Of a stretch of 47,109 nucleotides of DNA, positions 17,949 to 27,965 are shown piece by piece. Every line of letters begins with the position of its first letter. The first letter of the stretch is position 1. The notes beneath the pieces are model-generated. The model worked only from the letters and a program-made list of their open reading frames with translations, ran no database searches and was not told the DNA's origin. The stretch is from NCBI GenBank assembly GCA_033763905.1, contig JANRJP010000133.1, positions 1-47,109 on the forward strand. The letters run 5' to 3'. Both the position numbers and the translations under genes were made by a program. This stretch comes from Gemmatimonadaceae bacterium. Lineage in GTDB: Bacteria; Gemmatimonadota; Gemmatimonadetes; Gemmatimonadales; Gemmatimonadaceae.

Positions 17949-19415
17949 TTAGCGGAACGACTGCACCAGTGACTGCACGACCAGCGTCCAGCCGTCGACC
18001 AGCACGAACAGCAGCAGCTTGAACGGCAACGCGATCATCGCGGGCGGCAGCATATACATCCCCATCGACATCAGCACCGACGACACCACCATATCCACGA
18101 TGATGAACGGCAGAAACACCGCGAAGCCCATCTGAAAGGCGGTGCGGAGTTCGCTCGTGGTGAAGGCCGATGCGAGCACGACCAGCGGAATGTCATCCGG
18201 CGTCTTCGGCTCGGCAGTGCCGCTCAGCTCGATGAACGTCTCGAGATCCTTGTCGCGAGTTTGCCTCAGCATAAAGGCGCGAAACGGGACGACCGCCTTC
18301 TCCATCATCTCCGTCTGCTCCATCGAGCCGGCGAGCCACGGCTGCAACGCCGTCCGATTCGCTTCCTCGAGCGTGGGGGCCATCACGAAGCCCGTGATGA
18401 GCAGGGCGAGTGCCGCCAGGAGCTGCGCGGGCGGAGCGCTCTGGGCGCCGATGGCCTGCCGCACGAACTGCAGCACGATGAGGATGCGGGCAAAGCCGGT
18501 CATCATCAACAACAGCGTCGGCAGGAGCGTGAGCAGCCCCATCATGATCACGACGCCAACGGTGCCCGAGAGGCGCAGGCCATCGTTCGCGCCCGGCGTG
18601 CCGCCCATCCGCAGATCCATCTGCGGCGCGAGGCGCTGCACCATCTGCTCGGTCGTCTTCATCGCCGACAGCGGCGCTGGCCCCGGCGGCGGCACGATGG
18701 TCTTGCCGTTCGGTGCTGCCGCGGTGGCTGGCGCAGCGGCTGCCGCAGTCGGCGCGGCAGGCGTCGTGAGCTGCGCCGCCGCTGGCGGTTGCGCCGTGCG
18801 GGTGGCCGCCGCCGGCGCCGCAGGCGCTTGGGCGGTCAGCGTCGTCGCGGCCAGGGCCAGCGTCGTCGCCGTCCGCAGGGCCGTGCGCAGCACGTCGGAC
18901 AAGTCGCGGCGCGGTGCCGCCGTCGGCGCAATCCGGACGTCCCCGGCGCGATCGAGTGCAATCGTCTGACGCGGCGCTGTCGGACGCGGCGGAACGACCG
19001 CGCTGGCGGTGCGTGGCATCGGGACGATCGGTGCCGCAGGCGCCGGCGCTGCGCGGACACCCGTCGAACTCCGCGGCGCGGCGCGCTCGACGGGCGCAAA
19101 CGCGTCGAGCGAGACCACGCTGTTCGGCGTGGCGCCCAGCAGCGTGTCCCGTTCCGCGGCGTCCAAGGGGAGCGCCGTGAGGGTGACCCCTTCGCCGGTG
19201 CCGGCGAGATACATCCGCTGACCCACACGGACCAGTGCCAAGCCCTGCTTCGGGCCGAGGGCCAGGCGATGGACAATCTCCATCGGCGGCGCGGGTCGGC
19301 GCGACGCACCAAATCCCCCTGACTTCCAGCGACGCAACAGCGACGCGCCGAGGAGCACGAGCCCGAGTACGACCGCCAGTGGGCCCAGCGTGGACAGGAG
19401 GAGCGACGTACTCAC
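17949..19415 (-). CDS. fliP: FliO-FliP fusion protein
   Basis: N-terminal FliO (TM plus MEIVHRLALGPKQGLALVRVG), an Ala/Pro linker, then the FliP core (MTGFARILIVL, SELRTAFQMGF, PFKLLLFVLVDGW), all in one ORF. Confidence 0.9.
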   Translation of the reverse strand: MSTSLLLSTLGPLAVVLGLVLLGASLLRRWKSGGFGASRRPAPPMEIVHRLALGPKQGLALVRVGQRMYLAGTGEGVTLTALPLDAAERDTLLGATPNSVVSLDAFAPVERAAPRSSTGVRAAPAPAAPIVPMPRTASAVVPPRPTAPRQTIALDRAGDVRIAPTAAPRRDLSDVLRTALRTATTLALAATTLTAQAPAAPAAATRTAQPPAAAQLTTPAAPTAAAAAPATAAAPNGKTIVPPPGPAPLSAMKTTEQMVQRLAPQMDLRMGGTPGANDGLRLSGTVGVVIMMGLLTLLPTLLLMMTGFARILIVLQFVRQAIGAQSAPPAQLLAALALLITGFVMAPTLEEANRTALQPWLAGSMEQTEMMEKAVVPFRAFMLRQTRDKDLETFIELSGTAEPKTPDDIPLVVLASAFTTSELRTAFQMGFAVFLPFIIVDMVVSSVLMSMGMYMLPPAMIALPFKLLLFVLVDGWTLVVQSLVQSFR

Positions 19416-19813
19416 GCGACCGACGCGACGGCGGCGCCCGGATTGAGGATGCGCGTCACCCGGACGCCGAAATGTTCGCCCAGCACGACGACTTCGCCCT
19501 CGGCGAATCGACGGTCGCCGACGTAGATGTCGATCGGTTCGCCCGCCAGTCGTTCGAGTTGCACGACCGAGCCGCGGCCGAGGCGCAGCACTTCCTGCAC
19601 GGTCATCGACGTACGGCCCAGCTCGATCGACACCGGGAGCGTGAGGTCGAGTAGCAACGAGAGCGGCGTTTCCGTCGTGACGCCACCCGCCACCTGTCCG
19701 AAGTCGGCGAAGGCGGGGGCTTCGGTGACGGGTTCTGACGCGCCGGGGCCCGGCGTGGCCAGTTTACCGGCCTGCGCCTGTGCGACGAGTGCGTCGATTT
19801 CGGCGGGATTCAC
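19412..19813 (-). CDS. fliN: Motor switch protein FliN
   Basis: SpoA domain LLDLTLPVSIELGRT...GEVVV...FGVRVT. Confidence 0.95.
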   Translation of the reverse strand: MNPAEIDALVAQAQAGKLATPGPGASEPVTEAPAFADFGQVAGGVTTETPLSLLLDLTLPVSIELGRTSMTVQEVLRLGRGSVVQLERLAGEPIDIYVGDRRFAEGEVVVLGEHFGVRVTRILNPGAAVASVA

Positions 19814-20817
19814 GGAGTACTCCTGCCGGCGTTCGTTTGCGCGGCGGACATAGGGTCGAGGATCTGCACAGCCAGACGATTCTTGACGCGGCCAACCGCG
19901 CCACGGAATCGGCGCTGCGGGCCAATCAGGATCTCCACTTCAGAGTCCCGGGTGAGTCCGGTGGAGAGCACGGAGCCCGGGGGCAGGTCGAGGAGCGCCC
20001 GCATCGGGAGTTGGAACGTGGGAAGTCGCGCCGCCACCGTGACGTTGGTGGCGCGCAACTGGGTCTCGGTGAGCTCGCGATTCGCTTCGCGCTCGCGGTC
20101 CGACACGAGGGCTTCGGACATCCGGCCTCGCTGCCCACCAGCATTGAAGAACTTCTCGAGGACCGAAAACGGCAGCAGCACGAGAATCAGCGACCGCATC
20201 GAGCCGGAGGTCGCTTCGATGTTGGCGACGAGCACCGGATCTTCGCGGCTGGCGACCTGCAGAATGTCGGGGAACGATTCGAATCCCGACAACGCAATGT
20301 CGAGGGGGACGTGGTCGCGCCAGATCTCGGCCACCAGCCCGGTGATGCGCTCGACGACGGTACGCACCGCCATCCGTTCGATCGGCGACAGCGCGCGGTC
20401 CATCGAGGTCACATTCCCGGAGCCGCCGAACAGGCGGTCCACCAGGAAGTACGCGAACTCGTGACCGACGTCGACGACGCCTTGCTGGCCGCCCGTGTCG
20501 TGAATGTCGAAGATGTATGACGCGCAGGGCGTCGGCAGCGAGAGGGTGAACTCGCCGAACGAGAACTGTTCAATACTCTGGAGGCGCAGCTCGACCTGTC
20601 CCCGCACGCGGCTGATCAGCCACCCCTCGAGCGAGCGTACCATCCGCTCGTACATCGCCTCGAGGGTGCGCATCCGCTCTTTCGACACGCGGAAGGGACG
20701 ACGGAAGTCGTAGAGCTGCACATCGTCGGTGCGCACGGCTGCGGACGCGCGTGACGGCGCCGGCCCACCGGTGAGGAGCCGATCGATATCCGTCTGCGAC
20801 ATCGTGACGCCGGTCAT
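19810..20817 (-). CDS. fliM: Motor switch protein FliM
   Basis: MSQTDIDRLL CheY-binding motif, YDFRRP, DRLFGG.G and a C-terminal SpoA domain. Confidence 0.95.
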   Translation of the reverse strand: MTGVTMSQTDIDRLLTGGPAPSRASAAVRTDDVQLYDFRRPFRVSKERMRTLEAMYERMVRSLEGWLISRVRGQVELRLQSIEQFSFGEFTLSLPTPCASYIFDIHDTGGQQGVVDVGHEFAYFLVDRLFGGSGNVTSMDRALSPIERMAVRTVVERITGLVAEIWRDHVPLDIALSGFESFPDILQVASREDPVLVANIEATSGSMRSLILVLLPFSVLEKFFNAGGQRGRMSEALVSDREREANRELTETQLRATNVTVAARLPTFQLPMRALLDLPPGSVLSTGLTRDSEVEILIGPQRRFRGAVGRVKNRLAVQILDPMSAAQTNAGRSTP

Positions 20818-20827
20818 TGGCCGCGCC

Positions 20828-21460
20828 TCACTGAATGACGAACTGCGGGAAGAAGACCTTCTTCACGGACTTCTTGCCGATCACTTCCTCGGTCGCCTTG
20901 GCCACCTCGGCCTTGAGCTGATCGCGCTGGGTGAGATCGCTCAACTGTTCGATCGTCCGCATCCCGACGACGCGCTGCACCAGGTCGCGAATCTCGGCGT
21001 CGTGACTCTTGAGCTTGGCCTGCGCGTCCGGATTCTTCAGCTGATAGGCGACGCTGAGCAGCAGGAAACGCTGACCGCCTGCGCCAGACGGGTTCATCAC
21101 GATGTTGTCGAGCAGGGCGATCGGCGCTTCGACCGCGCCTTCCTTGCCTTCACCCTTGGCGGGCTTTTCTTCTCCGCCGTGTTCTTCATCGGCGGCGGCC
21201 TCCTCGCCTTCACCGTGAGCGGCGTCTTCTTCGCCGTGTGCGGCCTTCGAGGGGTCGCCGCCCGCTTCGAGCTGCCGCGCGAGGCTCAGCGTGTCGACCG
21301 GTGGAATCACCCGCGCGGCGAGCATCGGGCCGGCAACGAAGGCCCCGGACGCGCCTCCTGCGCCGAGGCCGACGAGCACGGCAGCGAGAATCGGCACCAG
21401 CGCTCCCTTGCGGGAGGCCTCCGGGGCAGCAGCGGGTTCGGCAGCGGGGGCGTCGGACAT
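20828..21460 (-). CDS. fliL: Basal-body-associated protein FliL
   Basis: Single TM; NIVMNP...RFL, EIRDLV and VFFPQFVIQ motifs; upstream of fliM. Confidence 0.92.
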   Translation of the reverse strand: MSDAPAAEPAAAPEASRKGALVPILAAVLVGLGAGGASGAFVAGPMLAARVIPPVDTLSLARQLEAGGDPSKAAHGEEDAAHGEGEEAAADEEHGGEEKPAKGEGKEGAVEAPIALLDNIVMNPSGAGGQRFLLLSVAYQLKNPDAQAKLKSHDAEIRDLVQRVVGMRTIEQLSDLTQRDQLKAEVAKATEEVIGKKSVKKVFFPQFVIQ

Positions 21461-21502
21461 CGGTCGAGGAGAGTCGAAGGGTCTGGTGTTCGACCCTTCT
21501 TA

Positions 21503-21518
21503 TGCACAGGCCGTACCA
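21503..21518 (-). promoter_or_regulatory. Sigma54 promoter of the fliL operon
   Basis: TGGTACGGCCTGTGCA (GG-N10-GC); adjacent motif CGGCAACTTCTTCCG at 21527-21541. Confidence 0.7.
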
Positions 21519-21681
21519 CGGCCACACGGCAACTTCTTCCGCCCTCGAAACGAACAACGCGGTGCCTGACGGGATCTCCCGCTCGGCACCGCGCCCTCGC
21601 TCCCGCGACGGAGCTTCGTGTTCCGCTCGACTTCTCCGCTACCTGCGCACTACGCCCTGCGTCCTACCCCCTACTCCCGCG

Positions 21682-23067
21682 TTAGCGCTTGAGGCTCACC
21701 ACATCGTTCAGCATGTCGTCGCTCGACGTGATCACGCGGCTATTCGCCTGGAAGCCGCGCTGCGCCACGATCATGTTCGTGAATTCCTGCGCGAGGTCGA
21801 CGTTCGACATTTCCAGTGCGCCGGCCGTGATCATCGACTGCGAGCCCGAGAGCGCGAAGCCGAGGACGGCGCCGCCGGAGTTGCCCGAGACCGAGAACAT
21901 GTTGTCGCCGACGCGCAGAAGACCGGACGGGTTGTTGAAGTCCGCGAGCACGATCTGGCCGAGCGTGAGCGTCGTGCCGTTCGTGAAGGAACCGGTGATG
22001 ACGCCCGTGCGGTCGATCGTGAAGTCCTGCAGCGTGCCGCTCTGGTAGCCGTCCTGATCGCGGAGCACGGCGTTGCTTTCGCCCGCGAACTGCGTGATGC
22101 CGCCGAGCGTGCCCTGCACGGCGCCACCAGCCGGACCCGCGCCCAGATCGAGCGAAATGGTCTGCGAGACACCCCCCGGATGCGAGAGCGTGATGCCCGG
22201 CATCGGGCCGGCGTTGACGTAGGTGGGCGTGCCAGCCGTATCGTCGGCGGTCACCACCGACGTATCGAGCAAGCCCGACGCCGGATCGAAGGTGAAGCGT
22301 CCGCGCGCCGTGTTCGTCGTGCTGGGTGTGACGGACGAGAGCGACACACCCGGCGGCAAGCTCGCGGCGTCCACCTCCCAGTCCCACTGGTTTTGGCCGG
22401 TCTTCCACGCCCAGATCTTGAGCTCGACCTTGTTGCCGAGGTCATCGTAGGTGCCGATCGACACCGACTGGTACGAGCGCGAGTTCACCGACAGCGCGCG
22501 GTTCGTGGCGTCGAAGGCACCGCTGAAAATCGGCGCCGACGAGTCGAGATTGCCGGTCATCCGCGTCGTCGTCGTCGCATTGGCCGAGACCTTCTGCCCG
22601 AAGGGAAGCTCGATGTCCGTGATCCCTTCCTGCAGCGTCCCGTTGACTGCCATCCGACCCTGCACGACGAAGCCGTTCGTCGGCGACACCAGTCGGCCCT
22701 GCGCGTCGAGCTGGAAGTTGCCGGAGCGCGTGTAGTACTGCTGCGCGCCCTTGCGGGTCACGAAGAACGCATCGCCCTGGATCGCGACGTCGGTATTGAG
22801 GCCGGTCGTTTCGAGGTTGCCCTGCGAGAAGAGCGTGTCCACCGAACCGATCGCCGAGCCGAGGCCGATCTGGATCGGGTTGGTACCGCCCTGATCGCCC
22901 GGCGGACGCGTGGCACCGGAGAGCAACTGGGCGAAGCCTTCCTTGAAGGCGACACGACCCGACTTGAAGGCGACGGTGTTGACGTTGGCGACGTTGTTAC
23001 CGATGACATCCATACGGAACTGGTGATTCCGCAAGCCGGAGACACCGGAGAACAGGGAACGCATCAT
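21682..23067 (-). CDS. flgE: Hook protein FlgE
   Basis: MMRSLFSGVSGL...GNNVANVNT; LEMSNVDLAQEFTNMIVAQRGFQAN. Confidence 0.97.
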   Translation of the reverse strand: MMRSLFSGVSGLRNHQFRMDVIGNNVANVNTVAFKSGRVAFKEGFAQLLSGATRPPGDQGGTNPIQIGLGSAIGSVDTLFSQGNLETTGLNTDVAIQGDAFFVTRKGAQQYYTRSGNFQLDAQGRLVSPTNGFVVQGRMAVNGTLQEGITDIELPFGQKVSANATTTTRMTGNLDSSAPIFSGAFDATNRALSVNSRSYQSVSIGTYDDLGNKVELKIWAWKTGQNQWDWEVDAASLPPGVSLSSVTPSTTNTARGRFTFDPASGLLDTSVVTADDTAGTPTYVNAGPMPGITLSHPGGVSQTISLDLGAGPAGGAVQGTLGGITQFAGESNAVLRDQDGYQSGTLQDFTIDRTGVITGSFTNGTTLTLGQIVLADFNNPSGLLRVGDNMFSVSGNSGGAVLGFALSGSQSMITAGALEMSNVDLAQEFTNMIVAQRGFQANSRVITSSDDMLNDVVSLKR

Positions 23068-23097
23068 AAGAGAAAGCCTCTCGGGTTGGGGATCAGG

Positions 23098-23760
23098 TCA
23101 GCGGTCCGACACGGACACGACACTGGAAATCGGAATGCGAAGTCTGCCGGCGACGAGCTGTGCACCCGCGGCCGAGTATTCAAGACCCGTCACACGGCCA
23201 CGTGTGAACTGCGTGACAGGGATCGATGCACCATCCGTGCCGGTCACCTCGACCGACCAGGTGTAGACGCCGCGCGCGAGGCCGAGCTCCACGCCGCCAA
23301 GCGCGATCTCCTGATCACCGGCGTTGAGGACGCCCAGGTCGCGACGACCGACGACGGTCCCGTTGGCATCACGCAGCGTGAGCGTGCCGCGGCCCGTGCC
23401 CTGGACGACGGCGCGGACGCGAAGATCGTTGGCCCCGGTGAGTTCGACCTGATCGCCGATCGCCGAGACATCGCGGCCGATCGCGTTGATCGCGGTCGAG
23501 TTGTTGATCGCCTGGGCGATCGAGGCGTTGCCCGTGGCCTGCGCGTCGAGCTTCTGGTTGATGTCGATCAACTGTTCGACGCTCGAGAACTGCGCGAGCT
23601 GCGCGGCCATCTGCTGGCCGTCCATCGGATTGGTGGGATCCTGATTCTTCAGCTGGGCGATGAGCATCTTGAGGAACTCGTTCTTCCCCAGCGTGGTGCT
23701 CGGCTGACGCGTCGCACTCGAGACGCCGGTCGACGCGTTCGTGATGTTTGGGATGGTCAT
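23098..23760 (-). CDS. flgD: Hook cap protein FlgD
   Basis: [24 protein letters not shown]...[12 protein letters not shown]. Confidence 0.97.
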   Translation of the reverse strand: MTIPNITNASTGVSSATRQPSTTLGKNEFLKMLIAQLKNQDPTNPMDGQQMAAQLAQFSSVEQLIDINQKLDAQATGNASIAQAINNSTAINAIGRDVSAIGDQVELTGANDLRVRAVVQGTGRGTLTLRDANGTVVGRRDLGVLNAGDQEIALGGVELGLARGVYTWSVEVTGTDGASIPVTQFTRGRVTGLEYSAAGAQLVAGRLRIPISSVVSVSDR

Positions 23761-25526
23761 TCGCGCGCGCCTCCGCCGCGCTTCGACTGGCGGCGCGGCA
23801 GATCGCCGTCGCCACCCTTGTGCTGCTGCGGGTGCTGAGAGTCGTTGGAGCGGTTCGACGACGAGCCCGAGCGATCGCGCAGACCACCGCCGCCGACATC
23901 CTGCAGGACGGCGGCGACGCCGCGCGCGCCTTCGCGCTCGAGGGCGACGCCGGCGAGTCTCGCGAGATCCATCGTATCGCTGCCGAGTGCCCCGTTCGCG
24001 CGCACCTGCAACACGCCGCTTTCGTAGCCGCGCGCTTCGAGCGTCGCCTGCAGCACGTCGGTGCGGGCGGCGAGTCGCGCGGCGGCCACGGGATCGTGAA
24101 TCGCCAGCGAGGCATCGACGGCACTCCCGCGCATCCGCACGGCGATCCGATCGACGCCGCCATTGGCATCGGGGACATCCATAATGAGCCGCGAGATCGG
24201 CTGCGACGCCTGCACGTCGCGGATCCGTTCCACCGCCTCGAGGCGCGCGGCGACGTCCGGGCCCTGCACGGTACCGGGCGCGGTCGGCAGTGGCGAGGCA
24301 AAGGCGGTGGGCAGCGGCGCGCTGACGGGCGCGTGTAGCGCGTCGGTCGTGCGCTCGGCTCGTGCCGAGGCGCGCACGGCACGGGTGGTTTCCGTTGGGC
24401 CGCTCGAATCCGGTGCACGAAGCGCGGCAACCGCTGCCGGATCAGCCGAGGCGCCGGGCGCTGCGACGGCCGAGACCGTCGCCACCCTCGCGACCCGTGC
24501 GGGCGACGCGACCCGAGCCACCGTCGCGACCGAGGCGACTTCGGCGACCGCGGCGCGAGCGGGAGCGCTGGCTCCATCGAGGCGCGCGAGCGCAGCGGCC
24601 CGCAGATCGTCTGCGGTGCGCTGTGCGGCCGGCGACGCCAGTTCGAGATGTCCGGGATCCTTCGATCCCAACGTGCGCAAGCCTTCCTCGGCGGCGATGC
24701 GGCCGAGTCGCTTGAATGCCTCGGCGTTGTCGTAACCGCCGTCAATCATCACGTCGAGCGCCAAGCCATCGGTGTGCGCGGAATCGCGCGTCCACGTGAC
24801 GACCGGTCCCTCGGTGGTGCGGCCTTGGGCAAACAGCGCATCCTGCCGCGCCTGCGAGCGCCACCCTTCGACGACCGACACGGTGTGGCCAAACTCGCGC
24901 TGCATCCGATCGATCACGCGACGTGCGCGCGTCCGAAGTTCCGGTGCGACGGTGGACAGCGCGGCGTCGCCGGTGGCGACGGGGGCGTCCACCCGGCCCG
25001 CGAGTGCGGCGTGCACAGCGGCAAGTTCAGCCGCCGCCGTGGTGGGCGTGGACAGATCGGCCACGCGTGCGGGTTCGCCGACGTTGGTCTGGCTCTCGTC
25101 GCGGGATTCAGCGAGCAGTCGCAAGGCCGCGGAGGCCTCGGCGTGATCGCCGATGGGGGTCAGGCCGGTCAGGCTCAGATCGCCAGCGCCGGCGGCACCG
25201 CGTGGTCGAGGAAACGCACCGTTCGCGGAGAGCGTCGTGCCAGGCGTCGTATGAAATGACGTGCGGACCTGCCGGAGGATCTGCTCTCCCGCCACGGTAA
25301 CATCCGTCGTCGCGTCGGTCAGTTGCGGCGTGGACTCTGGCGCGGGGGCAATGCCACCGAGCAGCAAGCCCAACACGTGTTCGAAGGCATTGCCAATGGC
25401 CGCAGCAACCGCCGACGGCTTGGCGATGGCCGGAGACGTCGACTTTGCCGAGCTCGCGGCCTCCGCGGCGTCGAGGGCATCCGTGGGGGCCGCCGCAGGC
25501 AGACCGATCGCGGTGACGGGGATCAT
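23757..25526 (-). CDS. fliK: FliK-like hook-length control protein with an internal M15 peptidase domain
   Basis: Occupies the fliK slot directly upstream of flgD. Ala/Pro/Thr-rich, with a FliK-C-like segment at about 24000-24200 and M15 motifs ([31 protein letters not shown]) at about 24635-24960. Confidence 0.75.
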   Translation of the reverse strand: MIPVTAIGLPAAAPTDALDAAEAASSAKSTSPAIAKPSAVAAAIGNAFEHVLGLLLGGIAPAPESTPQLTDATTDVTVAGEQILRQVRTSFHTTPGTTLSANGAFPRPRGAAGAGDLSLTGLTPIGDHAEASAALRLLAESRDESQTNVGEPARVADLSTPTTAAAELAAVHAALAGRVDAPVATGDAALSTVAPELRTRARRVIDRMQREFGHTVSVVEGWRSQARQDALFAQGRTTEGPVVTWTRDSAHTDGLALDVMIDGGYDNAEAFKRLGRIAAEEGLRTLGSKDPGHLELASPAAQRTADDLRAAALARLDGASAPARAAVAEVASVATVARVASPARVARVATVSAVAAPGASADPAAVAALRAPDSSGPTETTRAVRASARAERTTDALHAPVSAPLPTAFASPLPTAPGTVQGPDVAARLEAVERIRDVQASQPISRLIMDVPDANGGVDRIAVRMRGSAVDASLAIHDPVAAARLAARTDVLQATLEARGYESGVLQVRANGALGSDTMDLARLAGVALEREGARGVAAVLQDVGGGGLRDRSGSSSNRSNDSQHPQQHKGGDGDLPRRQSKRGGGARE

Positions 25527-26197
25527 TCGTCGTGTCCCCCCGTCGACGCCGTGGTGCCCTTCAGCGATTGCTTCGACAGTTCCGCTGCGCGCTGCGGCGG
25601 GAAGTTCCCGAGCACCGCGGCAGCCTGACGGGCGCCTAGGTGACCGAGAATGACGCGCACGTCGGCGTCGTCCATTTGCTGGAGCACCTTGGCCGCATCC
25701 TTCGGCGTCATCGATGAGAAGATCTTGGCGAGCTTCTTCTCCGCGCCGAGTGCGGCCGCCGCGTCAGCGCCCGAGGTCGCCGGCTTGCCTTCACCGGTGG
25801 TCCCGATCGTCGAGGGCTTCGGCGTTGGCGGCGGTGTGGTGGCCACGGTCGGCGGCGTCGTTGGTGCCGTCGTTGCGCCACCCTTGGCGGGCGGAGCGAT
25901 CGTTAGCGGGGTCGGTGCCGCCGGCTCCGGTGCGTGGTCAGCGGCAGGAGTTGCCGCGTGCGCCGTGTCGCTGGTCGCTACGAGCGCCGCGTCGGCCGCG
26001 CCCGGCGCGCCGTGATCGGCCGCCGCGTGTGTGGAATCGGGTTTCGCCTTCGCACTGTCGGCCTTGGCCTTCAGTGCTGCAAAGCGAGTGAGGGCTTCGG
26101 CGTGCGCATCGCGCGCCCGCACGAGCACGAGGGCCGATCCTGCGGCCGAGGCCACCAGGAACGCCACCAAGAAGGGAAGAATCAGCCGGGTCATCAT
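25523..26197 (-). CDS. MotE/YlxF/FlbB-family flagellar protein (MgtE_N-like C-terminus)
   Basis: N-terminal TM, Pro/Thr linker, then LAKIFSSMTPKDAAKVL..MDD...AAAVL; lies between fliJ and fliK. Confidence 0.8.
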   Translation of the reverse strand: MMTRLILPFLVAFLVASAAGSALVLVRARDAHAEALTRFAALKAKADSAKAKPDSTHAAADHGAPGAADAALVATSDTAHAATPAADHAPEPAAPTPLTIAPPAKGGATTAPTTPPTVATTPPPTPKPSTIGTTGEGKPATSGADAAAALGAEKKLAKIFSSMTPKDAAKVLQQMDDADVRVILGHLGARQAAAVLGNFPPQRAAELSKQSLKGTTASTGGHDE

Positions 26198-26646
26198 AGC
26201 TCGGAGGGACGAGAGCGCAGGAAGCGGGCCACGGCCACATCATCCATTGTCTTCTGGTCGGTCTGGGCGTCAGTGGTTCGCACACGCTCGGCGTGCTTCT
26301 CACGCAGCCGGTCGAGGACGCGTCGCTCCTGGTGCGCGACGGCGAGCAAGCGCTGGGCATCGTCGACGGTCTTCTCGGCGTGTCGGACGTGGGCGAGCTG
26401 CGCGTCGAGTCGATCGTCCAGGCGATCGAGCAGTTCCGCCAGCGGACGCAAGTCACCGACCCGTCGTGATCCTTCGGCGCTCAGATCTTCGGCGCCGGAC
26501 TCCCGCATCGCGGCCAGCGCGTCCTGCTCGGCCTTGGCGGCGCGGGCCGCCGCTTCGGCGCTTCCGAGCTGAATCGCGAGCGCTTGTTCCTTCTTGGCCT
26601 TCAGTTCGAGCAAGCGCTCGAGGCGAAAGCGTCGCGGCGACGCCAT
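26194..26646 (-). CDS. fliJ: Export protein FliJ
   Basis: FRLERLLELK...ERRVLDRLREK...DQKTMDDVA; follows fliI. Confidence 0.9.
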   Translation of the reverse strand: MASPRRFRLERLLELKAKKEQALAIQLGSAEAAARAAKAEQDALAAMRESGAEDLSAEGSRRVGDLRPLAELLDRLDDRLDAQLAHVRHAEKTVDDAQRLLAVAHQERRVLDRLREKHAERVRTTDAQTDQKTMDDVAVARFLRSRPSEL

Positions 26647-27965
26647 CAGCGGCGCGGCTGGGCGTTGCGCGCAATGGCGCCGAGCGCGGCGACCGTCTCT
26701 TCGTAGGGTGACGGTGCGTCGGCACGCTGTTGCAGGAAGCCGAGCATCGGCTCGCGCAGCGCCAGTGCCGCATCGACGTGCGGATCGGTGCCTCGCTGGT
26801 AGGCGCCAACGAGAATCAGATCTTCCTTCTCGCGATACGCGGCTTCGAGACTGGTGAGTGCATTGGCGGCCGCGCGGTGCTGCTCGGAGATCAGGTGGTC
26901 CCGGACTCGGCTCTTCGAGTCGAGCACATCGATTGCCGGATAGTGTCCGTTCGACGCCAATTTGCGCGTGAGCACGATGTGGCCGTCGAGAATGCCTCGG
27001 GTGGCGTCGGCGACGGGTTCGTTGAAGTCATCGCCGTCGACGAGCACCGTATAGATGCCGGTAATGCCGCCCGTCTTGCCGTTGCCGGCGCGCTCGAGCA
27101 ACCGCGGCAGATTCGCGAACACCGAGGGGGGATATCCCTTGGTGGTCGGCGGTTCGCCGACGGCAAGGCCGATTTCGCGCCACGCGTATGCGACGCGGCT
27201 GACCGAATCGAGCATCAGCATCACCTGCTTGCCTTGGTCGCGGAAGTATTCGGCGATGGCGGTCGCCACGAGCGCGCCGCGCGAGCGGACGAGCGCGGCC
27301 TGATCACTGGTGGCAACGACGACGACGGACCGCGCGAGTCCTTCGGGGCCGAGCGCGTTCTCGAGGAAGTCGCGGACTTCCCGTCCGCGTTCACCGAGCA
27401 GGGCGATCACGTTGACGTCCGCCTTGGCGTTGCGCGCGATCATCCCGAGCAGCGTGCTTTTGCCTACACCCGTGCCGGCGAAGATGCCAATGCGCTGTCC
27501 GCGGCCGATCGTGAGCACGCCATCGATCGCGCGAACGCCGGTTTCGAGGGGTTCGTCGATGACGGCGCGCGTCAGTGGGCTCGGCGGCTGGGCCGACAGC
27601 GGCACGCGCTCGACGTTCGTCAAGCGCGGCCCGTTGTCGATCGGTTGACCCAAGCCGTTGAGCACGCGACCGAGCAGGCCGTCGCCGACGTCCACGGTGA
27701 ACGACCGACCGAGCGGCTGCACGCTCGAGCCCGGATGCAGGCCGTCAAGTTCACCGAGCGGCATCAGCAGCACGCCGCGCTCGTGGAAGCCGACGACTTC
27801 ACCGAGCACCGAGAACTGTCCGTCCTGCGAGGTGATGCGGCAGAGATCGCCGAGGCCGACTTCGAGGCCCGCCGCTTCGATCACCAAGCCGGTGACGCGC
27901 GTGACGCGACCGTAGCTGGTGAAGCGCGGGACGTCCGCGATGCGCCGTTCGAGGGCGCTAGACAT
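26646..27965 (-). CDS. fliI: Flagellar export ATPase FliI
   Basis: GQRIGIFAGTGVGKS, GERGREV, GEPPTTKGYPPS and LDGHIVL motifs. Confidence 0.97.
   Translation of the reverse strand: MSSALERRIADVPRFTSYGRVTRVTGLVIEAAGLEVGLGDLCRITSQDGQFSVLGEVVGFHERGVLLMPLGELDGLHPGSSVQPLGRSFTVDVGDGLLGRVLNGLGQPIDNGPRLTNVERVPLSAQPPSPLTRAVIDEPLETGVRAIDGVLTIGRGQRIGIFAGTGVGKSTLLGMIARNAKADVNVIALLGERGREVRDFLENALGPEGLARSVVVVATSDQAALVRSRGALVATAIAEYFRDQGKQVMLMLDSVSRVAYAWREIGLAVGEPPTTKGYPPSVFANLPRLLERAGNGKTGGITGIYTVLVDGDDFNEPVADATRGILDGHIVLTRKLASNGHYPAIDVLDSKSRVRDHLISEQHRAAANALTSLEAAYREKEDLILVGAYQRGTDPHVDAALALREPMLGFLQQRADAPSPYEETVAALGAIARNAQPRR

Noticed and set aside
24635..24960. M15 domain as a prophage endolysin remnant
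   Set aside because: No holin, integrase or other phage genes nearby. The domain is in frame within a coupled flagellar operon gene, although an ancient phage origin is not excluded.
27455..27485. FliI P-loop GTGVGKS instead of GSGVGKS
   Set aside because: Conservative change at a variable position; the catalytic Lys is intact.
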